From assembly GCA_905178155.1 (NCBI GenBank), contig CAJINV010000008.1:3522013-3586012 (forward strand): a stretch of 64,000 nt of DNA. Reading direction: 5' to 3'. Positions 38,501 through 50,900 of the stretch are shown one piece after another. The position numbers were made by a program, and so were the translations under genes. This DNA comes from Amoebophrya sp. A120. Its lineage: Eukaryota; Protista; Dinoflagellata. Position 1 is the first letter of the stretch; every line of letters starts with the position of its first letter. Under the pieces are notes generated by a model, which was given only the letters and a program-made list of their open reading frames with translations, searched no databases and had not been told where the DNA came from.

Positions 38501-40167
38501 CCGCCAATTTGTATACGCTTTGGTATAACTAAGAGCGAGATGAAATAGAAATACGGCTTTTGCCGTAGTGGTCCTTCGCAGGTGTAGCGGTAAGTAGCTT
38601 TAAGCTAATACTAAAGCCGCTTGCCTTCTCTGCACCACAAGCACAAACTTTGTGCGTCGCGTTTTATTATGCGCCACGCTCCAGCGGCCTGGCTATTTAT
38701 GGAAGGGTTCCACCCTGACGGAAGATCGTGCCGTAGGAGCTGCGGTCGGTTACGGTTTACTTATTTCGACTTCCACTTCTGTGATTTCCACAACTTCCTT
38801 GACGCTTCCATACAATGCCTACGTGCACGGGGGGTGCCCGGCCTGGACCGACCAGCGCAGTCAAGTGTGGCGAGCGGTCACCTACAGCCTGTGCCACGTA
38901 GATTTCGATCACGTGTGGTTTAACGCTTTCTTCTATCCAAAGTGAAAGGCGCAGCTCCCCTCGCTTCTAGCCCCCCCCCAACAAAAAAGACCTGTTTTCA
39001 TCATATGCAAATTGTGGTTGTGCAGCCATGGGCATGGTAAATAGCAAATGAGAAAAACTCCGCTGTGTTGGTTACGGGGCCGCACGGAGCAGGCAAGATT
39101 TGTCTTGAAAGGAATGCACGCGGATTCTTATTTTAGGTTCAAAGAGTTTTTTTGTGTACAAACAAAGAGTCTACTAAATGTTATACAATTTTTCAAAACA
39201 ACGAACGAGCTTTGCGAACAGAAATATTTGACGCTTGTACTATTTGGGCACGACTGGGGCGCTGTTCCTTTTCTCACTGATACTTTCGAGCTTCTGTTGG
39301 GTCCCAGCTTGGAGATGGTTCACGGGCACGTGCGGTTTATTCCCCTGGTGTTTCTCGCGATTATCGGTGGCGCCCTTGCCTGCGCCGCCACGGATCCAAT
39401 AGGCAGAGTCGTCGGCTCGTCTGGCTACGTCTGGGGCTTGGTGCCCATGCACGTACTTATTTTTTGATATATCATTTCTGATTTGGCGCCACCTTCTTAC
39501 TTTTCGGAGGTTTTTTGCTTAGCGCTGCGGGAGGACCTTCCCTTGTTGCAAAAGAACCACGACTACATGAAAGGATTGATAAGCAATATCATGCATAATT
39601 CGCATTAATTTCGAATCGCGACGACACCTCCTGCGCTTTATTTTCCTCATTTCTCTGCCGTATGTGTATGTCCGCGATTTCAAAACCTGTACTGCTTTCT
39701 GACCCGTGCAAATGAGATAAGTGCCCCTATATTTCAACATCCAGGTATCCGGCGTGCTTCTGAATTGGGACGAGCTCGGACACGAAAAGATTTACGGGGT
39801 GCAGGAAAACTACTTCCGGCTACTGCTGATCTGCATCATCTCCGCAACGATGGCTTGGTCTATGGTGGACGACATAGAGGCCGGGACCGGGGTGTCCCAC
39901 GCCGCGCACGTCGGCGGGGCGCTCTTCGGGTTCTTCTTCTCGCTGAACGGTGTGAAGAACGTGGTGGTGGAGGACTGGGAGCTGATCATGCAGTGGATCT
40001 CGCTCGTCATCGCCCTCATCTACACGGTGATTTGCGTCGTACAGATCGGCATCCACGATACCCCAAACTCCCTCACCGGGATGCCCGTCTGCAATATCCA
40101 GGGAAACTGCACATGGTCTGATCGTAGTATCGTGTCTAAGTACTATCTACTGGATCTTACGCATTGA
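35512..40167 (+). CDS. Rhomboid intramembrane serine protease with long N-terminal extension (5' end uncertain)
   Basis: After removing 8 IEs and one GT-AG intron (39453-39744): RPYFSV, QVWRAVTYSLCHVDFDHVWFNAF, GPSLEMVHG, catalytic VVGSSG and SHAAHVGGALFG. Confidence 0.85.
35617..35946. mobile_element. Introner element, degenerate family A
   Basis: TATCCACTGC...ATGTCTGGGTCTGA / TCAGAGCCTGACAT...AGTGCATA; flanks cttcg/ctttt; frame restored. Confidence 0.7.
36123..36394. mobile_element. Introner element, family A
   Basis: TATCAAATGCAAAA(A/G)TGTCTGGGTCTGGAAG TIR; DR ccgcc/ccgca. Confidence 0.92.
36529..36808. mobile_element. Introner element, family C (reverse orientation to 59513)
   Basis: TATCGTATTTAAAAACGTCCCCA...TGGGGACGTTTTTAGATAGGATA; perfect DR ccgcg. 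Confidence 0.9.
36984..37344. mobile_element. Introner element (degenerate)
   Basis: TATCCAGCAGGAAAGCGAAGTACACCCG vs reverse complement of end TATCATACAGCAAAGTAGTACACCCG; flanks ctggc/ttcgc; frame restored (ELAVIRED). Confidence 0.7.
37558..37767. mobile_element. Introner element, family F (reverse orientation to 22553)
   Basis: TATCCAACGAAAAAAGTGTTACAG...CTGTAACACTTTTTTCTTGCGATA; perfect DR gcaag. Confidence 0.92.
37832..38110. mobile_element. Introner element, family C
   Basis: TATCCTAAGTAAAAACGTACCCACACCAGAGT...ACTCTGGTGTGGGTACGTTTTTACTCAGGATA; perfect DR gacgc. Confidence 0.93.
38340..38812. mobile_element. Introner element (degenerate, B-like)
   Basis: TATGCTAGCGTCAA...TTGACGCTTCCATA; DR caacg/caatg. 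Confidence 0.75.
38934..39282. mobile_element. Introner element (degenerate)
   Basis: TATCC...AAAGGCGCAGCTCCCC / GGGGCGCTGTTCCTTT...TGATA; flanks tcttc/ctttc; removal joins WFNAFF to ELLLGPSLE. Confidence 0.7.
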
Positions 40168-41957
40168 AGATTCATCGCAATATCGTCCTACTTCTCGCGA
40201 GACTGCAGCTCCTTTGCGAACGAAGTGCAGTCATAGCCTTCAGCTTTATGAACGAACGATGGACAAATTAATACGTATCTCTGATCATGTGCGTAAGTAC
40301 TACTACGCAATGAGAATGAATTCTAAGTTTCGACTCAACAGAGTCAGTAAAAAGCGGATTATGATTGCCCGAAGCTGAAATAGGATGCATGAGCATGCAT
40401 GCTAGACGAGAAGAAGAAGAATCTTCTAGCCAGGAAGCGTTGTCATGCGATCGTGGATAGTACGCAGATACGATAGACCAATTTTTGCACAGGATATGCA
40501 AGTGTTGCGTGGAAGGCGCGGTGTGTCCACCCCCTCTGCTGGATGTCGTCAACGCGACCCTGAACGTAACAAGGTAGGAGCGGACGAGGCGTCTAGAAGT
40601 TGTGAAACAACTGCATTGGCGAATACTATGGCTTTTATCCATTTTTTCCATGGCACGAGTACCAGCTGCAAATTCAGGTTGCCAACCTTGGCAGGTATTT
40701 CTGCTGAGTATGTTGTCCTGATCAGGAGTTGCAGCAGCCAGGATCACGGAAGAACACTCTAGCCATGATGGCGATGAGACGAGCAACAGCAAGCCAATGT
40801 CGTGAATCTGCACAGAGGACTACACCACACTTGAAGTTGTAGTGTTTTTTCGTGCAACTACATGAGGTGTCAAAGAAATCGTAGTGCTTAGTGTGGTACC
40901 CAAGCTCAATCGAATCCCAGCACTGTTAGCACTATTTCTATTCTGCCCACGTCCAGAACCAGATGAACATTAGGGGTTGCTGTACCTTTGCTGCTCTACT
41001 CGTGTTCCAGTAATATTTATAATACGTACTTTCCATTTGTTGATTCAATGAGTGGAACATATCTATCGATTGAGTATATTGAATTGCCGACCCTCCCGCT
41101 AGTACGTTGCTGTGGATGTACTGCCGAACCGTTTGTTTGCTGTTGGGTCCCTCTCGTGCGGACGGCAAAAACGCAACCCTTTACTGGGAAGTTCTATGTA
41201 CGAAAACGAATGTGTCTTTCGATGATCTTGGCCTTGCTATTAATTAGCAAATACCGCCGCCCACACGGCGGTTCCAGCGTCGCTAAGAAGCTGAGCGACT
41301 GCCTGCCAAAAAGTTCGGACAGGAGTTGTCAAGTCTCTTTGATCATAGCAAGAAAGATCCCCGTTCGACACGGACTGTCCTTGCTTCGATCAAAACACCA
41401 CCCTTTGAAAGGCGCAAACAGATACAAGTACATTTCCGAAAGACAGAAGTCGAGTCTAAGTTTTCGGAGCTGTCCTTCTGTTTTTTTCCTTTTCTCTACA
41501 ACTTAGCGCCCGCAATGTCGAAGGTGATTGGGAATGAGGTTGGAATTGACGCGCTGCTGTCCTCGCGTTTAGGGTGACTGTACGTCAATTTTCGATGAAC
41601 AATTTTTCAAGCAGCTGCTTTAGCGATTCCAACTTTCATTGACTTCTACTTGAATTTATACATTTGATTTCTGATTGTAAAGATAAAAATAAGTACTATT
41701 ACCGGTTCCTCCTCCTCCTTTGTTTTAATAGAAAAGATCGGCTCATCTGTTGTAGTTCACCCGGTTTTTTTTGAAACAGAAGCTTTTTGAAAACAAGAAC
41801 GCCGCCCCAATTTACTTAGAAAGAGCGTATCACATCGCACCCGTTCGTGTCGTTCGAACGAAGAGAACAGGACCGACCGAAGAATTCGTTTTAATCTGAT
41901 CGACAACATTTCCATCAAGAATTTGGCGTTAGGGAAGATCGAGGAATTTTTTCCACC

Positions 41958-44900
41958 ATGGCGCAGCTACATCGCAAGAAGACCCTTATGAGTAGCAAGA
42001 AGAATTCGTGCTACACCGGGACGACTGGAGGGGGCCAGCCGGCTGCGGCTTTGTTGACGAGAGTGGTCGCTCTTGTGCCGATCTTGTCGTCTGGTTTGGG
42101 GTGCAGCTGGTGGTCCACGACCTCCACCGGGGGTCCGCAGGTGGCAAGCGGCGGCCTCATTGGTGTTGACGCCGTTCATCTTTCCCGCCGCGGTCCTGCG
42201 TCGAGGGCCGAGCAACAAGGCGCCGCGGGGGCCAAGAAAGGCACATCAAGCACGGTCAGCGTTTTCCAACGCAACCACTTGTTGCACGAGAAAGAGAACG
42301 AAGTCGACTACGACCTGTCCTACCAGGACTGGCAGGAGGTACTCACGCACGACAACAAGGACGAGATCTTTTCCTTCCTGGACCGCTACTACAAGCACGC
42401 GAACAAGGAATTCAAGGTAGAAATCGGCTCGAGTACCGTCGATGGCGTGCCCGAAGACTCCTCGGAACTGATCCAGATTCTCAAGTTTCTCCACGAGGAC
42501 AAGGAAGTCGTGAGCACTTTCGGCACGCGGTCCCACCCGACCATTATGGCGCAGCAGCAGGCGGACGTCGAGGCCAATAAAAAACATCAGAGAACATCAA
42601 GTGATGGGACCACGAACTCGTCCACGTGGCCCCCGTACAACCGCAAGTACAAGGGCGAAATTTTGGCGAAGCTGACCGGGGGCGACTGGAGCCGAGCCGA
42701 GCTGACCGATACCATCTTCAAAGCCTTTCTGGCGAGAGGCGCAGATGTGACGGCGTGGAAGATTCTGAAGGACTTGCTCACCATGAAGGGCGGCTGGACC
42801 ATCAATTACGACGGCTCCTACGCAATTTTCCTGGCCGGGCGTGAGGAGTCCCTGCTCGCTTCTAGTAGTGGCGGTAGTTTTGTTCTTGTGGCTGCTGCTG
42901 GTGCTGCTCGTCCCGGCACCAGCTGCACAACTTCTGTTGAGATCGCGGGTCGTGTTGATCAACATCTACTGCTTCCGGCGGCACAATCCTTCCTGGCGCC
43001 CGGGGGGGAGACGTTGCAGGCCGTGAGCCTGCTGGCCCCGTTGCGGGAGGCCAAGCAAGACGCCGCGGTGGCACTGCTGAAGCGGTTTCTGAAGGTAAGA
43101 GAGGGAATCAGACTAATAGAATGGAATCAGACTAATAGAATCAGACTAAATGTAGAATCAAACTAATGGAATCAGACTAGAGGTAGAATCAGAATAGTAG
43201 AATCAGGATAGAAGATAGAATCAAGATACTAGCATCAGAATTATGCATGGAGTCTGTGCCCATAGTCGAAGGTGCTCGCCGCGCATTTCTTTCTCTCTCG
43301 TCTGCATTGCACCCGTTGTCCCCCTGCGCTTTGGCCAGTCGTTTTCTCATAATTTCATCGCTCGGCTTTGCATGTTCGCTGCCGCGCATTTATTTGGGTT
43401 GAGATGGCCATGAGACTTCATTTGCATGCTGTGTATGCCTTCGAGTCGAACCACACTTAGACACAAGGGCGCAGGGTTCTGTTGTAATTCTCATGATTGT
43501 ATATCTTGGTTGTGCATAAGTTGTGATTGGCGATCCGTTGCGGCCACCGATCCCGGGTCGGCTTCTATCACAAGTGCCGGGACCTTGTTTGCCGATTTGT
43601 TTTCTCGTGACGGCACGGCTGGCAGACCGCACACGGATCGCGGACGACCGACGACATGCCGGCACAGGTACTACAGTCTTGCTTTACATTAAGTGCGGCT
43701 ACCATGATGCAGTAGCTGTGCTCTTTTTTTGGACGCAACTACGGATGACTTGAAATGAAGCGCAAGAGAAGTATGCCCTATGTCCATGCATGAAACCTCG
43801 CACCACCACCACGATGACCACGCACCTACGCGCAGCACCACGGAACTGGAAGGGCGACAGCTTCGCCCTCGCAAAGTAAGTTGTGCTCTCCGCTTGCGCT
43901 TATTTCCGAACGCATTGCGTCTCGCTTTATTCCTTGTTGAAGAGACAGAAAATCGAGCTCGAGATCAAAACCCGATGACACATGACGCAAGCGCGTGTAG
44001 ATTGGCTCAGAGCCCATGCGCTCGTCTGCGTATGAATAGCCACAGACTGACGATCCTGGTTTTTGATTGATGAAGACGTCGGCCGTTTGCTGTTTTTTTG
44101 ATTGATTGGTCAAGATCTCAGCCGCTTTTTTTGTCTTTTGGTAAACGAACGGATAGCGGCAGTGGCTCCCTTCTGTGATTCGTTTTGGAAAGCTTACGCA
44201 AGCATCTGGATTGTTGAGATTCGTCTATTCACTAGAGGAGAAAAAAGGCTAGAACTAGAAGTAGAGCGCTAAGTCTGGTAGTACACATGAACTCACCTAA
44301 ACGAAGACCACTCAGCTGGGCGGCATAGATAGAAGAGCACAAAGACGAGGCCCTGCCAGCGATGCACGACAAAGTTGGCAGCTAGCTGCCTGATCGCAAA
44401 AGGACTGTCGGTCCGTTTTCCTTCGCCTCCGTCCGTCGCTCGGTCAGGAAAGCATGCAGGCACAGGGACCACAGTCGCCGCCGCCGGCCTCGCGCAAGCT
44501 TGCCGAGCGGATAAACAAGATGTCCCAATCAGAACGGCGGCGCAAGCGGGACAAGGTGCAGAAGGAACTCTCGGCGAAGGAGGGCCTCCTGTCTGCCTTG
44601 GCAACACCGGGGGACGCCGGCGACAAAAGCGAGCATTATGGGACTCTCAAGCGTTACGGCTACACACTCAGCAGCTGCGTGGGTTTCTCATGAAAGACTA
44701 TTTTCGTGATCCGTCGGGCTAAACTACTTTATCACGCAAAGATACTTTTTGGCTTCGGTCGGGCTACTTAGCATCGCGAGTTCATCGATGTAGGGGCTGA
44801 GTGTGTAGCCAACAGCTGAGAACCCCATACACGCGCTGCCTCGGTTTCGGGTGCGGGGGACGGTGGTGCCAGTAATGTGGCAGGCGACAACGGGCTCGGG

Positions 44901-47900
44901 CCCCGAAGCAAAAAGCAGAAGCTTGCGCATGCGGTCGGGAAAAAAAACCTTTTCTTCGAGTTCGAAAAGCTGCCGGAACCATCGGGGAACACCCCGAAGC
45001 GTGGGCGGCCGAAGAAGAACCCTCCGGACCCCCTCGCGTTGCTGGATGGTGACGCCGTCGCAGGTACTTTAAGTATAGTGGATGAATCGATAATCAAGTA
45101 AATGGATATCAATCATGAAAATGAAAATCGACGAAAATCGATGGCGGTGTGAATAATGTATCCAGAACTCTCAAGCTTCAGCAAAAGGGTCTCGGTCTCA
45201 GTATCGTAGTTGGAAATCAATCATAAAAGAGGTGCGTCGCAGTATGAGCTCATCAATTGGGTATGTCAGTGCAAAGATGCCGGAGCGTCGTCCATAGTGT
45301 ACAAATAAATCGCGCGCCATGCCTTTTTTGGCTACCAGTAGCACCTTGCGCCGATGCTTTTCGTGAATGATCGCGCGTGCCCTAGACTGAAAAAAGCGGC
45401 GCCGTCGGGGGAGGGGCTCCCGGCCCAGCCCTCCGCAGGGGGGCCGCAGCGCGCCGTCGTAAGAGCCAGCGCATGGCGGGCGCGGTTTAATTGAGCGCCA
45501 CTGAGTGTCTGTAGGGGCCGCTAGCGGCGGCGGCATTTGTGGCCGTGAAGTGGCAGCGCTCTCCCTTCTTATCGCCCCCCCGCCTGCCGGCTAGCAGGCG
45601 TCGTAGTAGATGGGGCGAAGGCTGGGGTGTGTGTCTTTCAAATTGCGGCGTCCCGCATTCGGATTTTGCCCTGCGAGGTCCGAATGCGAGTGCAAACAAT
45701 GGCCCAGACAAGGAGACTGCGATGGTTTGCATTGCTTGCCTTCCCCGCACCAGCGGAAGCTGGAACTTCGACTCTTGCGGCAGAGGCGAAGTTCCGGCTT
45801 AGCTTCGCCTTTTCGACAGAGGCGAAGTTCCGGCTTCCGCTGCGGAGAAGACAAGCAAAGCAACCTCCTTGAAGAAAAGAAAAGCTTGCGCTGACTTTCA
45901 CGCGGCGGAAGTACAGACTGCGCCTCCTGCGAAAGCGGCGAAGCTGCAGTTCCGGCTTTCGTTGTGGGGAAGAGGGCGAGCAAAGTAACTTATTTGAAGA
46001 GCAAAAGAGCTTGGGTTGACTTTCGCGCCGCGGCCGCCGGAACTTCGCCGCTGTCGAAGGAAGTGCAGGAAGCTCCGGCTCCCGCAGTGTACATGTTGAA
46101 GCCGGTCGTCTTCCAATATTTTGCGCGGACGCCCGTCCGCGCCGATCGGTGGGCTGGCACAAAATGCCATCAGGTGCTTGCCGAAGCCCTTCATAGTTCC
46201 TCGCGTAGCTAGCAGTCGTGGCCGGTTTGCGGGCCTTCAGCAGCAGCTCCCGTTCCGTATCCCCGTACTGCCGCTCCGTTGGCTTGCGGCTGGGGACGTT
46301 GAAAGCCGCCGTCGTTCGCGCGGCATCGTCGTACTTCACCTCGGCGCCCTGATTCGTGGCCCGCTTCAGCATGGTCACGGTGAGGTCGTGGGTGAAAGCA
46401 AACACGATGCTACTGCCGTGCTGGCGGCCCTACGGCCGGAGAGGTTCATTGTCCGGACTACCATCGGGGGCAGCAAAGTTCCAGAAAAATGCGACGCTTT
46501 GCGATCTCTCTTAGCACTGTTGCGGTTACGCCAAACGGCTGCACCGCTGTAAAAAGGCTGACTTATACTGAAAACCAGCCATCGGAAAAGACCCAGAAAA
46601 ATGGACCGTTAGCCCCTGTCTAGATACGAGCCCACGACTGGCGTCCTTTAGGTAGAAACTGAAGCGCCCTTTACAAAAATACGGAAAGACATAGCCTCCC
46701 GCCCTGTCTAGATAGGAACGGAGGCCCTTTTCAGGCGCGGGGAGATCAATATTCCCGGACTTTCCAGGAAAATCCTGGCAAATCTCGCGCCCCCGGGCGT
46801 ACTCCAACGCTCACGCTCCACGCGCTGTAGAGCTTGCTTGTCTTCCCCGCAGCGGAGGCCGCAACTTCGGCTCTGTCTAAAGAGGCGAAGTCCCGGCTTC
46901 CGCTGCGCGGAAGGGAGGCAGGGCAAAGTGTGGAACGACTTCAACCAAGACAGAGCAGCTGCAAAACTTGGATGAATAAAGGACAGGAGCAGTGACATTC
47001 TGAGACAGTAGCACTTAGGGCGAAAAATAGGCTACCACTACCCGCTGCGCTTTTATTTGCAAAGCTTTTTCACTTCGGATTTTGGATGACCGTTTCGAAG
47101 CCACGGGGGGCGTGGCGTTTACAGAGACGCGAGCAATTCACTCCCAGGTCTACCCCTGCTAGTTGCGGACGATCAGCAGCAGGACGCTCTATGCGTGGCA
47201 GATGTGTCTATGTCTGGCGCTGCGAGATCTGGACACGACAAGAGTTGCGCATTCTTCAGAGGATGCGTCAGCTTTTTCTTTTTGCTCGTTTCGAAGGGTT
47301 TCCGGTCATGGAAAACGCGGTAGATCTACAGCGTAGTTTTGCATGACGCCTGCTTCACTGCCTTCTTCAATCAGACCCAGACGCATTTGCATCGGATACG
47401 CCGATGGAGGTCGCAATGGCGCCGCGGCCGACAGCGAATCCGATGCCCCGGCTTTGACGGTGGAAGTCACCATTTCCGCGGGGTGGCAGCAGGACCTTGG
47501 CGGTGCCCGAAAGGCTATTTTAGAACGAATGGCGGCGGAAGCCGGCGGGCTATGGACCGTGAAGATCACAGCGGAGACGGGGCAGACGACGGTCTTCTGC
47601 CGTAATTGCCTCAGCATAGCGAAGGGCGGCGAGCGGGAGTGTAAGTACAAGCTGACCGGGACGATGCCAAAGGGCAACCGGGGCGGGACCCTCGAGCTGA
47701 CGGCGAACAACTTGAAGCATGGCACGCGCTTGCCCGGTGACCGCGCGGGAGCTCGCCGCCGGGCACTGCAGATCTCGGCCGCGAATCCCGAGATGGCCGC
47801 TGGCTCCATCGAGACCATGATGTACAACGAGACTGGGATATTTCCACACGTTGGCGATGTTCGCAGTGCTGTCAAGGATGTTCGGAAGAAGTTGCAGTCT

Positions 47901-50900
47901 AAAAATGCAAAGACCGTTGCTGCCATCATGGACTTGGCGAAGGGCAACCCCGTGCCCGCGGCTCCATTTGACCTCTCCAACCTTTCGCCGGCTCCGTATT
48001 GTTTCCTTCTCGAAGAAACAGGCTGCTACTGGACGAGCGACCTGCTGCTGGCCGTTTTCGCGTTTTACCATTCTGTGGCGTTGGGACAAGATCGCAACCC
48101 GCATCAAATAAAAGCAATCCACGCGGGTGATTGTTGCCATGCAGACACGACGGCGCAGGAGGGTCGGCCAGCTATGAAATTTGCCGCGGTCCCGATACTA
48201 TGGATTGCAAAAGTGTCTGGGCCTGGAAAGAATGGAATGCGTGATGTTACATTTGGATTTATTTTTATAAAAAATCTGTATTGGATGAGCAGCAGCAGAA
48301 GCCTAGTTTTTTCTACGGGAAGAGGGCACTTCTCATGCGGGATAGGCATCAGGACGGCCTCAAGAAACCTGTGATGCTGGGGCAGACATCGCAGACATCT
48401 ATCTTGGGTCATGCAAAATGTGCATGACAAACCTCGTATCCTTCCAGACCAAGACATTTTTGCATTTGATAGATACGGAAAACCCCGGAGGGAGAGTATT
48501 GCCTGACCGAACTGGTCGGGTTTTTAGCGTGGGTCGTCGAGGAGCAGACTGCTACTTACGAGGTGGGAATGCAGAGCTTTCTGCGTCTTCTGGAGAGCCG
48601 TTGCGGTGTTTCGGCGCTCAACACTGCCGTCGCGGCCTGGGACGGAACCCCAACAATTAGCCAGGCTCTGTTAGACCGTGTCTACCGCCCCGGGAAGAGC
48701 GCAGCGGCGTTGGTTTCCAAAATCGACCCGATGAAGGCAGTTGCGACGAAAGGCAAGCGACCGGGGGAGGGAATAAAAAGCGAAGCGGATCCGTTTTTGA
48801 GCGACGCGGAGTCCCTTTTCGATGAAGATGGTGGCGACTTTGTGGACCCCGGCACGCGTCCGATCCTGAGAAGGGATTTGCCACATATCGAGAGGACAAC
48901 GGTGAAGCATAAAGTCGGGGCGTGGCAAGGCGTATGGCGCTGGCTTCCGTTCATATTGGACCCACGCCTTTTTAGTGCCGCGGCCTGCCTCCTCCTGCAG
49001 CGCGTCCGCAGCCGAAAAGAAAAAGACTTCCGCTACCTCTTGGGCACCAAATTCGACACGCTGCCGGATGGGACCTTTGTCGCGAAGAGCGGTTGGTGCA
49101 CCGGAATGACTGGCATGGACTTCAAGACGCCCCGGCCCCCGTACGCGGAGCAGACGACCGAACGCGCCTGGGGTGTTGAACAGATGCAGAGGGACGCGGC
49201 GAGGAAGGCCAAGGACCCAATCCAACACTTCGGCGTGGAAACTGCCAAACACTACCGCAACCGAGGGTATGTCGAGCAGCAGTTGCGTTACGAGACTGGT
49301 CCCGCCGGGAACGCCGTCCCCAAACCGACGGGCCGATACCTGTTGCGGTGGGATGCGCCGCTCGTGGCCGAGGTCGCGGGGCACTCCAAATCCGTCATCA
49401 GCTGCAAAAAGAAGGCGAGCGTCCGACATTTCGCCCCCGGCAGCAGGTTGGGAGAACAGTACAAAGAGCTCAGCGGGGAACAGCTCCGGGACCGTGTGGA
49501 AAAAGGCGAAATAGAGATCCACGAGCGCTTTCTCGGGGAAGATGAAGAATACCTTGTTACAGTCCTCCCGAACTACGTCCATTCGAAACAAAAAAGCGCC
49601 CCGGCGCCGCCGAACGCCCTTTCGCTTGATCTGGCATGCTGGTTGTTGACGACGGATTGCTCCCCCGGGAAGCCGAACTACAAACCCCTGAGCGACTACA
49701 GGCCCGGAACAGCCGAGGCGCGGCACCACTGGAAGAAGGTGCGGAAGCTGATGGGCGAGTTCCGGGAACTCCAGCGGAAAAAGCAGCAGGAGGGCCAGGC
49801 AGTTCCTGTAGTGGACTTCGATGGCTTGGGTGGTGGGAACCCAGAGGCCGGGGAGGCGGGTTCCGGCGAACCTCCGCAGGAAGATGCGGCGGAAACGGCC
49901 GCGGAAGCACAGCAGGCCGGTGGCGAAGCTTCCGGAGGACCTGCGGAAGGGTTCCTGCCCGCCGCGAATGCAAAAGCCGCTTCTGGTGATTCCTTCCGCG
50001 AGCAACGTGTGGGTGTGGACGCCACTGTGCATGCTGCCGGCAATACCAACAACAAAGAAGTGATGGACTCGGACGTGCCAGACTCAGAAGCATCGGGGGA
50101 CGACCCGCACGGGCCGCCGCTTGATCATGCGGTGAAGAGCAGTAAGGAAACGAGAAGCCTGTTCTTCGCCCAAGTACTGGGGAAGAAGAACATGAAAGCG
50201 GCCGGGCTCGGTTTCAGTTCGCAGCGTGCGGAGCCGAAGGGCAAGAGGATGGGCGCAAGTGGTGGAAACGATGACGGCCCCGCCTATCAAATGCAAAAGT
50301 GTCTGGGTCTGGAAGATTGCGAGACTTGTCATGCTTGTCTGGCATGACAAAAAAGTTTGTGATGCGTGTCCAAGAAGTAGAAGAGACCCTTTTCCGCCCT
50401 TCTGCCTGTCATGCAAAAACGCAGTTTCTCATGCGAAAAACGTAACAAAAAGAACTACAGATATTTCTCATGCTTGGCTGCGCATTACAGAGCATTCACT
50501 GTTCCCAACACAGCGTTACAAGTTTCCAGACCCAGACATATTTGCAGTGCATACCGCCGCATACGATCCGAAAAGATTGCAGTTGATGGCCGTATCTGCT
50601 GATTGGGTGTTTGGGTCTGGAAAAGTGCCGATGTCGAGTCGGTCTGTGCATGCTTTCGGTCGTATGCAGGATAGTGATTAGGGTGTGAGAGTCGCTGGCG
50701 TGGTCGCTTCCTGACTCGACATCCTCCAGGCGGTGCGACCATGTCATGTGCTCAGCTGGCATCTGCGTGATGTCATGTAATCTTTCACTTTGCATCTGCA
50801 CTGCTCTTCCAGGCTCAGACACATTTGCGGCCCATACTCGACTGGTGATGACTTCGACGCACAGCTGGCAGACGATGGAAAGTATTCTTTCGGCGAGGAA

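Noticed and set aside
46080-46405. Tyrosine recombinase (DIRS/Crypton) call
   Set aside because: Only a vague N-terminal resemblance; no R-H-R-Y catalytic motifs found.
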